From: Octopus sinensis
Taxonomy: Eukaryota
Length of the DNA stretch: 45,657 nt
Direction of reading: 5' to 3'
NCBI RefSeq assembly: GCF_006345805.1
Contig: NW_021834153.1
Location: 1-45,657 of the forward strand
Numbering within the stretch: position 1 is the first letter of the stretch; each line of letters starts with the position of its first letter. This document shows, piece by piece, positions 24,841 to 37,881 of the stretch. The position numbers and the translations under genes are program-made. The notes under the pieces were generated by a model. That model did not search any database and had not been told where the DNA came from. It worked only from the letters and a program-made list of their open reading frames with translations.

Positions 24841-26714
24841 TATATGTGTGTGCATGTTTGTGTTTGGATGTGTGTGTGTGTGTGTATTATTTATTTAGGA
24901 ATATTCCTTGAGCGTTTCGAGATCTTCCATTCTTCAAGAAGTCACTCATTTAGACTATCCTAACATCGATATAGAAGGCTTCAGCTAATGAAAAACAAGG
25001 AAGAAATTTGAAAGAAAACGAATAGTTTGTTTTCAGATTCTGGAATGACTCCATTCCATTTTGGGGATTTCAGAATCACTGGAATAAACTCTATTTATAA
25101 TTATATTTTCTGATTCGTTGGCTTAAGAGTTCAAGAATAAGACGGATTTATACTGTCAGAAAATATATTGCTGTTAAAGAAATAGTGTTTGAATTTTGTA
25201 TATACATATATTTTACCTGAAGGATTATATTAATATTAACTGATGTTCTTGTAATAAATCATTAAATTTTAATTATTCTATAATTTTAAAATTAGAGATT
25301 GCGATACATTTACGATAAAATCGCTTTTAACGGAATTCCCACAAGCATCAGCGCATTCGCCTGCAGAAGGATGTAGGGACAATTATGGATCAAAACATGG
25401 TGCTTAATGAACATTTTAAATTACATTAATATAAGAAACAAAATGATTCAACGACAATTACGATGAATCGCAATTCAATTAATATCTGCTAAGAAATAAT
25501 AACTATTAAAAATAATAAATATTTGAAGAATAATATGAACTGAGTGAAAATGTTTTAATAATGAAAGTAATTTAGGGATACAACTAAAATAACATACTGT
25601 TTCATAATATAGATATAATGAAAAGGGAGAATTCGTTATTGATTATTTCAGACAAGGTTTAATATGGTATTAAAGTGATTCATGCCCTATTCGAGAACAT
25701 CACTCAGGTATAAGTTCTCATTCAATTCAGATTTATATTTAATCAGTTTCTCTTCTTATCAAGTACTGAAATAAAGATATTCCCTCGGAATTCCTTTTCA
25801 ACTAGTATACTTTAGTACATATTTCTATAACTACATTTGTACAAAGACAACAGTTCATGTTCCATATATGACATTGTCCTCGCTATATTATTTCCTTCCA
25901 AATCTTAATGGATATGGCAACACTTCAATTGCCTAAATATTCTAGATAATCATATAATGAATCTACCAGTTGGGTTTCTCTTCGAATGAATATCCTGGTT
26001 GTAACAAGTCTTAAATCAACCCCCAGTTAGACATATATCTTCTTTAACAGAATATGAAACAGCAAAACATTTATACAGTATTTTCTTAATAACCTTAATT
26101 AAACAATTACATTTTAAAGAAACAATTAGAGTGTTATTCTCTGTTTAAGACGCTGTTTTATAATTTACTCCGAACGCAATTTCGACCGCTACTATATATC
26201 CCGTTCATTTGTATTATTGATTTATTAAATATGTCTTGCATATTAGTTTCATTTACGCTCCCTGCTTCTGTTACATCGGAAATACTCACATTATTCTTGT
26301 TGTCCTGTTTCAATCACGAACTTCATTTACCCCTTCCTATATATGTGTAATATAATTATGTGTCGGCCATATGACATTCGTTTCTTTTTGGCTATGCATT
26401 CAACTATACATCTGGGACAGCTGAGAGGGGATTTCTTTTATAGTTAAAACTTCTCCGCGCAGACACACACACCCACACACATACATATACATACCTACAC
26501 ACACACATATGTATATATATGCGTGTGTGTGTGTGTGTGTGTGTATGCACCATTGTATTTAAAAACAGTTTAATTTTAAACACAAAGAACACTCTTTACT
26601 TCTATCATTCTGTGTCGATTACCTCTTTATATATTTTATAAGTAAATGTTTTGACACTAACTTCACCCTTTTTTCTTGTAAAAAAATGAAGAAATAATTA
26701 ATTTATATAAATAC

Positions 26715-26721
26715 GTGTGTG

Positions 26722-26810
<89 letters not shown>

Positions 26811-26815
26811 GTGTG
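26715..26815. repeat. (TG)n array
   Basis: Direct reading. Confidence 0.95.
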
Positions 26816-27029
26816 GTGTCCTTTATTATTGCTAAAGCTGCAAAAAACATTCACATCCCGGTGGTCGCACAGTTTAGATTCACTAAATTGTCCGACGAAC
26901 GGGAACATGAAATTCTGTGATGAGGGTCGGGTATTTCAATATCAGATTATTTCGTCTAGGTGACCCAGCCTTGATTGAATGAGTCCCAGCTAGCATCCCA
27001 ATACCAACAAACCAAGTGTATGTCTTCTT

Positions 27030-27106
27030 TTTGTTGTTGCTATTATTATTATTGTTATAATAATAATTATCATTATCATTGTTATTGTTATTATTATTAT
27101 TATTAT

Positions 27107-27138
<32 letters not shown>

Positions 27139-27545
27139 TTGTTATTATTGCTGTGGTTGTTATTGCTATTGTTATTATTATTATTATTGTTATGATTATT
27201 ATTATTGTTGTTATTATTATTATCATCATTATTATTATTATTGCTATCGTTATTATTATTGTTGTTGTTTTAATTAATATTATTATTATTATTATTATTA
27301 TTATTTTAATTATTATTATTATTATTATTATCTATCCTTCAATTCTAGTTTCCCAGCTCACTATCCCTGGGAGGTTTGTGGATGTAGAGTCTTCAGGCAC
27401 ATGCGCCACACGGTCCCACCAGAACGAGAGACAGCGTCGTTAGACTTTCCGGCTCCGGTTGAATTCCGAAGCGTGACCAAACGAAACTATGCATAATCAT
27501 CCGACAATATCGTCCTTGGTCTACCCCTTGGTCTCCCACAGGTTG
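27030..27545 (-). mobile_element. RTE-like LINE 3' end (27335-27545) followed by a (TAA)n-type tail (27030-27330)
   Basis: Minus-strand translation RPRGRPRT....VWRMCLKTLHPQTSQG resembles RTE ORF C-termini and runs directly into the trinucleotide array. Confidence 0.6.
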
Positions 27546-27705
27546 GCTCCGCTTGAAAAATCTACCTTATTTTATTAAACTGAATTACTTAATATTAACA
27601 TAACTGCTGTTATAGTGTTATTTCGTATTTCCGCTCTTCACTTTTACGACCTACATGAAAACAAAACCTGCCACACATTTTATGCAGTAAAATTGCTATT
27701 ATTAC

Positions 27706-27760
<55 letters not shown>

Positions 27761-28268
27761 GCTGTTGTTGTTGTTGTTATATGTTTTGGTGGGGGAAATT
27801 AATTGAATTGCGATTTATCTTAATTGCATCTAAATCTCAAATCTCATTTTTTTTTTTTTTCTGAATTCAACATTAATGTAATTTTAAATACTTCGTTAAA
27901 CACAGTATTCCGATCCGTCCTAATCTCTCTCTCTCTAACCTTTCTCGTTAAAACACATCGATTCTTGTGGGAATTTTATTTATTTATTCATCGTGAATAG
28001 CGATTTCACCGTAATTGTTTCTAAATCTATATTTTTTTTTAAAACTAAACTAAACTAAACTAAACAAAATTTTAATACCTGGTATAATACCGTATTACAA
28101 AAGAATATTGTTATAATTCTTTCAGGTAAAATACTCTCACAATATTGGTCTCAAATATTTGAAAAAGGTCTACAATATCAGCGGAGAGGGTTAAATCGAT
28201 TACATCGACCCCAATATTCATCTGGTACTCAACTGAAAACATTCAGAGGAAGGTAAAATACGAGAAGA

Positions 28269-28430
28269 GGCCTGGACTAATGGTGAGAGTGTTACACTTG
28301 CGAACACATGATCGCGGTTTCGAGTCGTAAACCAGGCAGTATGCTTTTCTTTTTTTAGTGAAACACTTCATTACAGTTTCTGCCGTCCACTCACCTGTTG
28401 AATGATCACCCTGGCGTTTCCTTTAGGGTG
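28269..28430 (+). mobile_element. Diverged tRNA-headed SINE (family D-like)
   Basis: ggcctggactaatggtgagagtg...gcggtttcgagtcg (degenerate A and B boxes), then aaacacttcatt...gtccactcacctg. Confidence 0.5.
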
Positions 28431-28476
28431 GAAGATATGATCTCGGTTATTCATGTCCCATGGAATATATATATAT

Positions 28477-28509
<33 letters not shown>

Positions 28510-28512
<3 letters not shown>

Positions 28513-29090
28513 GGTAGCGAACTTCTTCACTACTTCAGGGAGTGACGACCCTGCCTGACACGAGTTCCGGGCTCAGCTGGCTCCGGCTGACAGTACCCGG
28601 TATGGGCCCCTATCCAGGGTTACGAAAGGAGACAACCTTCAATGAAATCCGGAGTGGAGCCCCGAAGGCGGTCTAGTGTTCGATTCGACACTCTTCCGGC
28701 AGCTCCTGCAACCAAGCTGGTGCCAAACGTAATGCACTGCACTCCACTGGACTACATCAGCAAGGTCGAGAGAGGAAACCTGACGATTGGGCTACCCAGG
28801 ACTTTCTTATCTATAGCCCAGGCCTGCGCAAAACTGGAGAGGACACTTCAGTGCTGCTGTAAAAAGCTGCAGAAACAACACGGGAGGTAACAGTTACGAG
28901 TGATAAGTCCATTCAGATTGGCGTAAAATATGGACGCTACGGGTTACCTCTGCCGGTGGGAGGGACTTCCGTGTCCTATTGGTTAGATACTGCCCACCTC
29001 AAGCTGGGCAGATAGGACTACACAGCCACAGCAAGAAATGTAACAGGAAATAAAATATAACAGCCGGACTAGACCTAGAAAAAAAAATGC
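28510..29090 (+). mobile_element. GC-rich interspersed repeat, probably the 5' UTR of an RTE-like LINE
   Basis: GC-rich island between (TA)n tracts. gctcctgcaaccaagctggtgccaaacgtaatgcactgc...ggactacatcagcaaggtcgagag resembles RTE 5' regions (recalled, not searched). No RT ORF follows. Confidence 0.45.
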
Positions 29091-29124
29091 GCAACTCCAT
29101 TGTCTCCCGAGACAGAAAGGATGC

Positions 29125-29194
29125 CAATACATATATATATATATATATACACATATATATACATATATATATATTCACATATATATATATATTA

Positions 29195-29255
<61 letters not shown>

Positions 29256-29510
29256 TATATATATATATATACATATATACATATATATATATACATATAC
29301 ATGTGTACGAACATGTGTGAACGTATATGTGTGTACAAATATATGATTCATAATCTCTCTAATACTTTCCGCACACTCTCTTCCAACACGACCTTCCCTC
29401 CCTCCCTCCCTCCCTCCCTTGTCTTTCATACTCACTACCACACCCTTCTCTCTCTCTTTCTCTCTCTTTCTCTCTCTCTCTTACCCTCTCTTTCACTCTC
29501 TCGCTTTCTC
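29125..29510. repeat. (TA)n and (CT/CCCT)n blocks
   Basis: Direct reading. Confidence 0.9.
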
Positions 29511-30028
29511 TCCCATGCACCCACTTAAATAACATCCTCCACACTTCTTTAACTCAAATAGCCCCTTTCCCTCCTTTTCCCCGTCAGCTACCCCCTATGG
29601 GGGGTGCCGAAAGCCGAAACGTTCAACTTGCCGTTCCTTATAACATTTCATGCTAACCAGAAATACGAACTGCTTTCGTCACGTGTCCCACTCTGCCGTG
29701 ACAGAACACTTTTGAGACAAAAGGTTGTCATCTTAACCTTTTGACACCGCTCCTCCGTCTTACACCAAAATTCTCTCCAACCTCCTCACTTCCACTTACT
29801 TTCTATTCTTACCGCCCACACCCACACACGCACTCATTCTTTTCTTCTTTCATTCCACCGAAATATTCTCCCTACTCCCAAAGATTCCTCAAGTTTCTGT
29901 GTGTCTGTGTGTGTAACTGCGGTGTGTATAATTATGTATATATGTGTAATATATGTACATACATACACACACGCACACTCACTCATGTGATTATCGGGTC
30001 TGATTTTATCTGTCTTCTGTAGCATTCT

Positions 30029-30085
<57 letters not shown>

Positions 30086-30277
30086 ACACACACTCATACA
30101 CACACTCATTCTTATTTTGGTTTCTACAATCCACTCTACAATATATTTTCTTCTCGCTCTTGCCTCTTTCCTTAGACATCACTCTCCCTCTTTCTTTCCC
30201 TCCCTCCCTCCCTCTCTCTCTCTCACGCACGGTATCTCTCACTACGTATATATTGTGTATGTATATATGTCTATGGA

Positions 30278-30506
30278 GGCAGTGAGCTGGCAGAAACGTT
30301 AGCACGCCGGGCGAAATGCTTAGCGGTATTTCGTCTGTGGTTACGTTCTGAGTTCACATTCCGCCAAGGTCAACTTTGCCTTTCATCCTTTCGGGGTCGA
30401 TAAATAAAGTAGCAGCTACGCACTGGGATCGATGTAATCGACTTAATCCCTTTGCTGTCCTTGTTTGTCCCCTCTGTGTTTAGCCCCTTGTGGGCAATAA
30501 AGAAAT
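30278..30506 (+). mobile_element. SINE family B, full-length-like
   Basis: ggcagtgagctggcagaaacgttagcacgccgggcg...ccccttgtgggcaataaagaaata. Confidence 0.9.
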
Positions 30507-30529
30507 ATATATTTTGTGTATGTATATAT

Positions 30530-31175
30530 GTCATTATTCAGTCTTATTTTAAGATTCATTGACAACAGATAAAGAACCGGTTTCTAACATAGATCCAAGT
30601 TTCCTTCATTGGAATTTCAGCAACATTAGCAAAGTGTTTTTGTATGTATGCATATGTGAAAATTTGTATATTTTGTTTTGTGTACGTATTCTCATGCATA
30701 TAGTTGCATATCTAGACATATCTAGATCTGTAGTCATTGAATTAGCTTTCTCCATTCTAGTTTTGAGAAGCCTAATTTCTCAAGATTGATATTTAGGCAG
30801 TGTGTTACTTACCACAGAAGCCCAATAATTACAGGTATAAAACTGAACATGTAATCTGGATAGAGCAGCTGTAGATTCCTCGATAGGTATTCTCTTTTTC
30901 ACCGATCTTCAGCTTTTTGTTAATATCTGCTGGGTAGCTAATTTCCATAACTGTGCACAGTTTCTCTTCTCAGTACCAAATCATTATATCAGGCCTGTTG
31001 TGCTTACATTTTATTGAGGCCTTCACTGGAACATGCCACCAGTACACCTTTTTATTATGAGTAACTATGGCTTCTAAAATACTGTGGGATATTATTTCTT
31101 TGCCCTTGGGGTTATCCTTCCGACGGATTTTGTTATACCGTGTCCTAGCTGCAACACCACGTCACATCGGTAGGC
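30530..31175 (-). mobile_element. 3' fragment of a restriction-like-endonuclease (RLE) LINE, R4/Dong-like
   Basis: Minus-strand translation with stops and frameshifts: ...YWWHVPVKASIKCKHNRPDIMIW*EEKLCTVMEISYPAD...EKENTY / NLQLLYPDYMFSFIPVIIG. This has the PD..E..K pattern of the RLE domain and is followed by a 3' UTR. Confidence 0.8.
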
Positions 31176-31239
31176 ATGTTTGTTCGTATGTACGTATCTG
31201 TGGATATATGTATACAACGTAGGCGCTTCGCTTCATGAC

Positions 31240-31440
31240 TAGAGTATTTGGCTGACGGTGGAACATTAGGTCCTTGAGCAAGATACTTTATTTCACGTCG
31301 GTCCAGCCCACTCAGCTGACAGAAATGAGTAGTACCTATAGGTCGAGTCTCGTCACCTTTCGAGAACAGTGTTAAGGGTACCCGTGCACCTTAATTGCAC
31401 GTTAATTTCAGGAGCACACTGTTCCGTTGATCACTCCTCA
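31240..31440 (+). mobile_element. SINE family D body
   Basis: gtccttgagcaagatactttatttcacgtcggtccagcccactcagctgacagaaatgagt...ttaagggtac...gttaatttcaggagca. Confidence 0.7.
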
Positions 31441-31460
31441 TCGTAATAGACTGAGTACCA

Positions 31461-31499
<39 letters not shown>

Positions 31500-31560
31500 T
31501 ATATTATATATATATATACACACATATATGTATGTATGTATGTATGTAGTATGTATATAC

Positions 31561-31776
31561 TAGTGGGGGCAGAAGTTTTTCTGGCTTTAAGGGCATCGCG
31601 AAAGGACTTATTGAAGGCCCAGCATTCCGAGTTGTTTTTCAGGGCTTAGAAAAAACTGAAGGACCTCTGCAATGAATGTGAATCTGAGAAGGGAACATGC
31701 TGAACACATTCACAATAATTAACTGGTCCGCCTGTATTTTCTCTTAGTCACAGCCAGGAACTTTTCAGCACCCATA
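31561..31776 (+). mobile_element. Mariner-derived MITE (~215 bp)
   Basis: Imperfect TIRs gggggcagaagtttttctggct / agccaggaacttttcagcaccc in TA context. The interior retains a transposase C-terminal remnant (QGLEKL...). Confidence 0.7.
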
Positions 31777-31784
31777 TATACATA

Positions 31785-31791
31785 CATGTGT

Positions 31792-31822
<31 letters not shown>

Positions 31823-31849
31823 CGCGCGCGCGCGTGTGTGTGTGTGTGC

Positions 31850-31880
<31 letters not shown>

Positions 31881-31885
31881 TGTAT
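31785..31885. repeat. Alternating (TG)n/(CG)n tract
   Basis: Three (CG)n runs separated by (TG)n. Confidence 0.95.
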
Positions 31886-32389
31886 CAAGGGTTGAACGGA
31901 AAGAATACAAGTAGAAAAGCTAGACGAAAGGCAAGTAAACGGGAAAGCAGACGAAAACTAAACAGACTGAAAATTAGACGACGCGATACACAGAATATTC
32001 GCAGCTGAGTTTTCCTATTCTATCAAAGGCGCAAAATATCATAGTAGTTTCACGCCAATTACCTTTGATACTGTTCAATTTTGCAGGCGCCAGTACTTTT
32101 ATTAAGCGACTAGGGAAAAAGCTAGTGAATGTGTTCTGAGAGATAAACGAACAAAACATTATATAAATACGACACCTAATTATGCATATATAATAGCACG
32201 AAGCCTTACGGTTACATATAAGCAAAGAAAAGGATAGTAATTATACATATACCACAAATACAACAGAAAGTGCTTTGCAACTATCGAACGAACTGTGTGG
32301 CGTTGCGCAAATAAATAAAGTGCTAGAGGATATAATGGACATGCTAGGAACCGAGGCTAACGTGACCGTTATATATGTATGACCCTGAT

Positions 32390-32432
32390 ATATGTATAAT
32401 ATAATATTATTATATATATATAGATATATATA

Positions 32433-32474
<42 letters not shown>

Positions 32475-32574
32475 GTGTGTGTTGTGTGTGTTTGTATGTT
32501 TTTGTGTGTGTGTGTATGTATGTATGTTATGTATGTATGTATGTATGTATGTATATTGTGTGTATGTATGTATG

Positions 32575-32615
<41 letters not shown>

Positions 32616-32645
32616 CTGTATGCATGTATATATGTATATATATAA
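32390..32645. repeat. (TA/TG/TATG)n block
   Basis: Direct reading. Confidence 0.9.
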
Positions 32646-33139
32646 GGTAAATCAGTATGGTATATAATACCACTTAATAAAATCAGAGCCAATGCACCAA
32701 AATCACCATAAAACTCACGATAAAGATAAACACAAGCATTACAATGAACGTATCAGAAATAGGCTTACCTTTGCGTTGAATACATCAGTAAGTAATCTAT
32801 ATTTCGATATCAATTGATACCATTTTAAAATTTGTTTCTAAAATATTCACTACATGGGAGGCTTATTGCAATTTGACAACCTAAAGGCAAAATTATGGAC
32901 AGAGGGTGACAGAGTGACAGAGGGTGCTACGTAGTACCAGTATTGCTTGAGTCAAAACAACTCAATAGCCACAGATGGCCCTAGCTTAATGACGGACAAG
33001 GGAGTTGAGCTCCCTACTAAGCGGATATAAGCAGATCACGGGTGATTTCGGATTTTGATGCTGGGGCATCTTAATTATCGTCGGTTGCTCTTACTGCGCC
33101 TTGGCTATACATCGAGTATAGCAAAACCAAACACTAGCA

Positions 33140-33460
33140 TCGTCATCATCATCATCATCACCACCACCACCACCATCATTATCATCATCATAACCATCAT
33201 CATCGCCATCGTCATCGTCGTCATCTTATTATCATCATCACTAGCAGCTGGACAACCACCATCATCATCATCATTCTCAGCATCATAACCATCATCATCA
33301 TTGTCGCCATCATTTTCTCATCATCACCATCATCACCATCACCATCGTCACCATCAACATCACCATCATCTTTATCATGATCATCATCATCACTGCCGTC
33401 GTCGACACCACCATCACAATCATCATCATAACCGTCACCATAATAGTTATCATTAATTAC
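33140..33460. repeat. Degenerate (CAT/CAC)n block
   Basis: Direct reading. Confidence 0.9.
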
Positions 33461-33599
33461 AATGTATATATATCGAGGGAAACCCTTTTATTCTAATCTT
33501 TTCCTCCATATTGTAAATATATTATTATTATTATTATAGACGTTGCACAGTATCCAAGATCGTGATGTGTATTGAAGATATTGTGTCTACTGAGTGTTT

Positions 33600-33770
33600 G
33601 CACTGTCTGTTAAGTCACAGCAAGGACCTCAGACAGACAGTACTTTATGGAATATGCGTGCAGTTCCAAATAAACCGAATTTTGCAATACACCAATATGG
33701 TAGGATATTTCTAAAGTTTCCAGATGCTTCTTCAGATTGGGTGGTATGACCTTGCATGTGGAGCCCAGTT
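33600..33770 (-). mobile_element. Extreme 3' ORF end of a second RLE-type LINE
   Basis: Minus strand IPPNLKKHLETLEISYHIGVLQ.. / GTARIFHKVLSV* resembles the LQKxxLLGTAxILRKVL terminus of RLE LINEs. Confidence 0.65.
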
Positions 33771-34059
33771 AGAATTTTCTTCGTACCGAGTAGCCCATCC
33801 TAGTCAAAAGGTTCCTGAATAAAGGTTGTTTAAGGTAGATGAACAAAACGCCCATGTTTCCAGAGGTGAAATATCCAAACCCCAAAGAATTCCTTTCAAC
33901 CCATGGCTATGCGGATCCTCTACTAGTTCTGCTCGTGATCAGAGATGCCACGAAGGGACATGCTTAACTGGTTAAAGTCAAGCGATTGACAAGCAAATCT
34001 ATGGCATTGAACAGAATGTTTGGAGTAACCCATTTATTATTAAGGTGGGTTGCTGGCAA

Positions 34060-34260
34060 AATCGAGGAAACACCAGAGAAAATACTTAACGGTATTTCGT
34101 CCGTCTTTATTATCTGAGTTCGAAAACCGCCGAGGTCGATTTTGTCTTTTATCTTTTCGTGGTCGTTAAAACAAATAGCAGTTGATCACTGGAGTCAATG
34201 TAATCCACAGGCCCTTCTATCGAAATTTCAGACCTTGTGACTATAGTAGAAAGTACTATT
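34060..34260 (+). mobile_element. Diverged SINE family B copy
   Basis: gctggcaaaatcg...aacggtatttcgtccgtc...gagttcgaaaaccgccgaggtcgattttg. Confidence 0.65.
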
Positions 34261-34572
34261 ACTAGTGTAATCAGTATTACATTATTTATTACTTGACTAT
34301 TCCTAGACTTATTGAGCGATGATGAAATTATATGAGAAAACAGAAATTTAATATCCGGAAATTGTGAAAGTAGATAATTAAATAAATTTAAAAAGAAAAG
34401 AGCAATCAAAAAAGGAAATCCAGAAAATAAAAAAAGAAATTAGGAAGAAAAACATTTTACTGTCTGATAAAAAAAAGAAACGCATAAGAAAATTAAGTAA
34501 TCTGTGTATAGTGTGTGGATATATGTATGCAAGGACGTGTGTGTATGGGTGTGTACGTCAGTGTGTATGTGT

Positions 34573-34608
<36 letters not shown>

Positions 34609-36044
34609 GTATGTCTGTTTGTGAACAGAATTAATTCCAAAATGCAACAGATTACGACAAGTTCTTCGATGTATGTTCAGTGAGGAAGTGGGTTTTTGGA
34701 GTTGGTTCGCGACAAAGATATTCTAGTAATTGGTGTGGCATTTAATTATTCAAGAGGGGCGCTTGTGATAAATCGATCGTTTTAAGCTGCACACGTGTCA
34801 GAGATTATTAACCAATACAGATTCCGTTGATCCTGAAAGAAAATGTCGATAAAGGTAGAAGACAATCTTTTGAATTAGTAGACACTGCCAAGCAATATTA
34901 AGTGGCCAGATAAATTCGCTCGGTTTATTTCATTTTATTTTAACCCTTTCCAATTTTATTAATAGCGACGGAAGTCGTATTCATACAAAACGGCAATCTT
35001 TATATCCATCTTAATGTGGATGCTTCGTGAGAACGCCGAATACTGCAATGTTGGCCTTGAGAAATCCTCACATACAGACGCAAGGTTCTTAAAATCAAAC
35101 ATGTCGTAGAAGATGTGAATCGTCTTTTACTGCTACTGGAACTGACAGGTCTCGTGATTTCGGTATGCTGGTCGTCTTCAGTGGCAGGCGTCCGGTGACC
35201 CAATATCAGTCAAATCACGCCGTCAGGGTGTTGTACTTATAACCTGATATTCTTATGGAATCAGCATGAAGCTGTACCAGATGAAGAGACAATACTTTGT
35301 ATTAGAGGAAGAGTTCCACATTGGATTTCAGCGCAAATGCTTTAGCACTCTATACACAATTGTAAGTATAACATAATTTGCGGACAAACAAAGTTGAACA
35401 CCGAATATTTGAACTATAGTTATGTTCGACACTTTTCAGAATCTCGACAACACTATGTAAATCACGCGTCTTTGATCTATATAGAAAACACCATAGAAGA
35501 CACTTAATGACCATAAGTAATGCACGATGGGAACATACTAAGGCCACATAATTGTAAAACAAATGTCTGAAGCATTCGCCCACCGAAATAAATAAAAAAA
35601 ACAACACACACATACACGCATGCATACATAAGTATTGGTGTGTGTATGCGTTTGTATGGGGGCTTTCTGCATGTGTCTGGGAGGACGTACAATAATTGAT
35701 TTCTGTATATTTAGAGAAAGAAATCTCAAGGGAAATCATGTAAGAAAGAAGATAATGTTGATTTTCTTCATTTGAGCAAAAGCACTCACGCAAAAACACA
35801 CAAACATATGAATACATACACACACGAACACACTCACTTATATATATATATATATATATATATAGGTGTGTGTGTGTGTGTGTACGTGCAAACACGCAAG
35901 TTTAAGTTCCCATCTACTCACATAAATTCATCCCTTTAATTCTATTTTCCACACTTATAAGGGCATCAAAGATTATCGCTAAACACCTGCGAACGACTGT
36001 TCCTTTCCCTACAGCACTGATACACATACAAACACCCACACACA

Positions 36045-36137
36045 CCCATTTATATATATATATACATATACATAGATATATACACACATAGTGTGTGTGT
36101 TTGTATACATACATATATATTTGTATATGTATATATG

Positions 36138-36170
<33 letters not shown>

Positions 36171-36334
36171 AATATACATATATATGTACATATACATATA
36201 TTTGTATATCTATCTATCTATATATAATCATCAGGATATACATATATATATACACATATATATATGCATATATATATATACATTATATATATATATATAT
36301 ATAATATATTATATAATATAATATATATATATAG

Positions 36335-36390
<56 letters not shown>
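36045..36390. repeat. (TA)n-rich block
   Basis: Direct reading. Confidence 0.9.
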
Positions 36391-36942
36391 GCAGTGTTAC
36401 TAATGTACTTTTCACACAACTATGGCAGACGTGTACTGTAGATGTTCTAAGTCGACAAACTTTTACAGAATTGGTTAAATCCGAAGCTGCCACATTGTAC
36501 AAGAATAAAACCAGCAGAAGTAGAGCGACAGATATTCGAGTTTTATGTGTAATTCCATGAAGTGTTGCATCATTCCGTATTGAATGGAACTGTCATGTTT
36601 TCCATTAATAACACTAAAATATTATAAACAGCATTTCGTTCACAAATGCACAGAAACTAACACCTATATTCGCGCATACAGAAACATATGTATATAAATA
36701 CTTATATATGCATATGGCCGCATATACTCAGCGTATTGGTTTTGCTTGTCTGGAGAACTGGAGGCGAGCTATCTATGACTGTCAGGTGTTTTAACAAAGA
36801 GAGTTGTCAGAGAATTATTTCCGGAGATGTGTACCCTGGTACATATTATTCCAAACTTGACATTCCTTTGCAGTTCTCCTCAAGATACATATGCCCGATC
36901 CGCATGGGTTAAGCCTTGAAGAAAGCTGTATAAGGATATCTA

Positions 36943-37357
36943 TTGGGTTGTCCGGAAAGTTCGTGCCGATTTATAAGTAGCTTACCTTTCGACTTATTTT
37001 AGAACATGCTTGAGTCCATAAAATAGGATTTGACTACACCTCCGTTTAGAGCACAGTTTAAGCTATCTTTTCGTGGAAGAAGGTTTATGTTCCTGTGTTA
37101 ATTCTGTAACCCTTTAAAATGAAAGATGAGAAAGTTCATTTTCGGCACTTGATGCTTTGGGAACCAGACAAAAATTACTGCGGCTCAGCTAGCATGTGTT
37201 ACCCCACCCTCCATATCCACCAGATATTGCTCCTTCGGATTTCCACTTATTCAGGTCTCTGCAGAATACTCTTAATGGTAAACATTTCAATTCCTTGGAT
37301 GATGTAAAAAGATACCTTGATGAATTATTTGCCATGAAACCACCTCAGTTCTGGGAA
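36943..37357 (+). mobile_element. Second copy of the deleted mariner, right end lost
   Basis: TA plus left TIR ttgggttgtccggaaagttcgtgccgattt; same N/C-terminal fusion junction as 3304-3848. Confidence 0.9.
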
Positions 37358-37446
37358 AATACCCTCTTCCCAGAACTGAGGTGGTTTCATGGCAAATAAT
37401 TCATCAAGGTATCTTTTTACATCATCCAAGGAATTGAAATGTTTAC
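37278..37446. repeat. Perfect 80-bp inverted repeat with a 9-nt loop (fold-back)
   Basis: 37367-37446 is the exact reverse complement of 37278-37357. Confidence 0.95.
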
Positions 37447-37881
37447 TAATGTACTTTTCACACAACTATGGCAGACGTGTACTGTAGATGTTCTAAGTCG
37501 ACAAACTTTTACAGAATTGGTTAAATCCGAAGCTGCCACATTGTACAAGAATAAAACCAGCAGAAGTAGAGCAACAGATATTCGAGTTTTATGTGTAATT
37601 CCATGAAGTGTTGCATCATTCCGTATTGAATGGAACTGTCATGTTTTCCATTAATAACACTAAAATATTATAAACAGCATTTCGTTCACAAATGCACAGA
37701 AACTAACACCTATATTCGCGCATACAGAAACATATGTATATAAATACTTATATATGCATATGGCCGCATATACTCAGCGTATTGGTTTTGCTTGTCTGGA
37801 GAACTGGAGGCGAGTTATCTATGACTGTCAGGTGTTTTAACAAAGAGAGTTGTCAGAGAATTATTTCCGGAGATGTGTACC

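Noticed and set aside
25880-26030. Possible RT remnant (YLEYLG on the minus strand)
   Set aside because: A single short motif in AT-rich DNA with no supporting motifs.
27465-27498. ccgaag...gaaactatgcataatc hammerhead look-alike
   Set aside because: Lies antisense within the RTE-like ORF remnant, with an incomplete core; probably chance.
28515-28625. HDV-like ribozyme at the 5' end of the RTE-like segment
   Set aside because: Hairpins are present, but I could not place the L3/P1.1 and J4/2 signature.
29594-29627. cctatggggggtgccgaaagccgaaacgtt hammerhead look-alike
   Set aside because: No CUGANGA core and no helix I.
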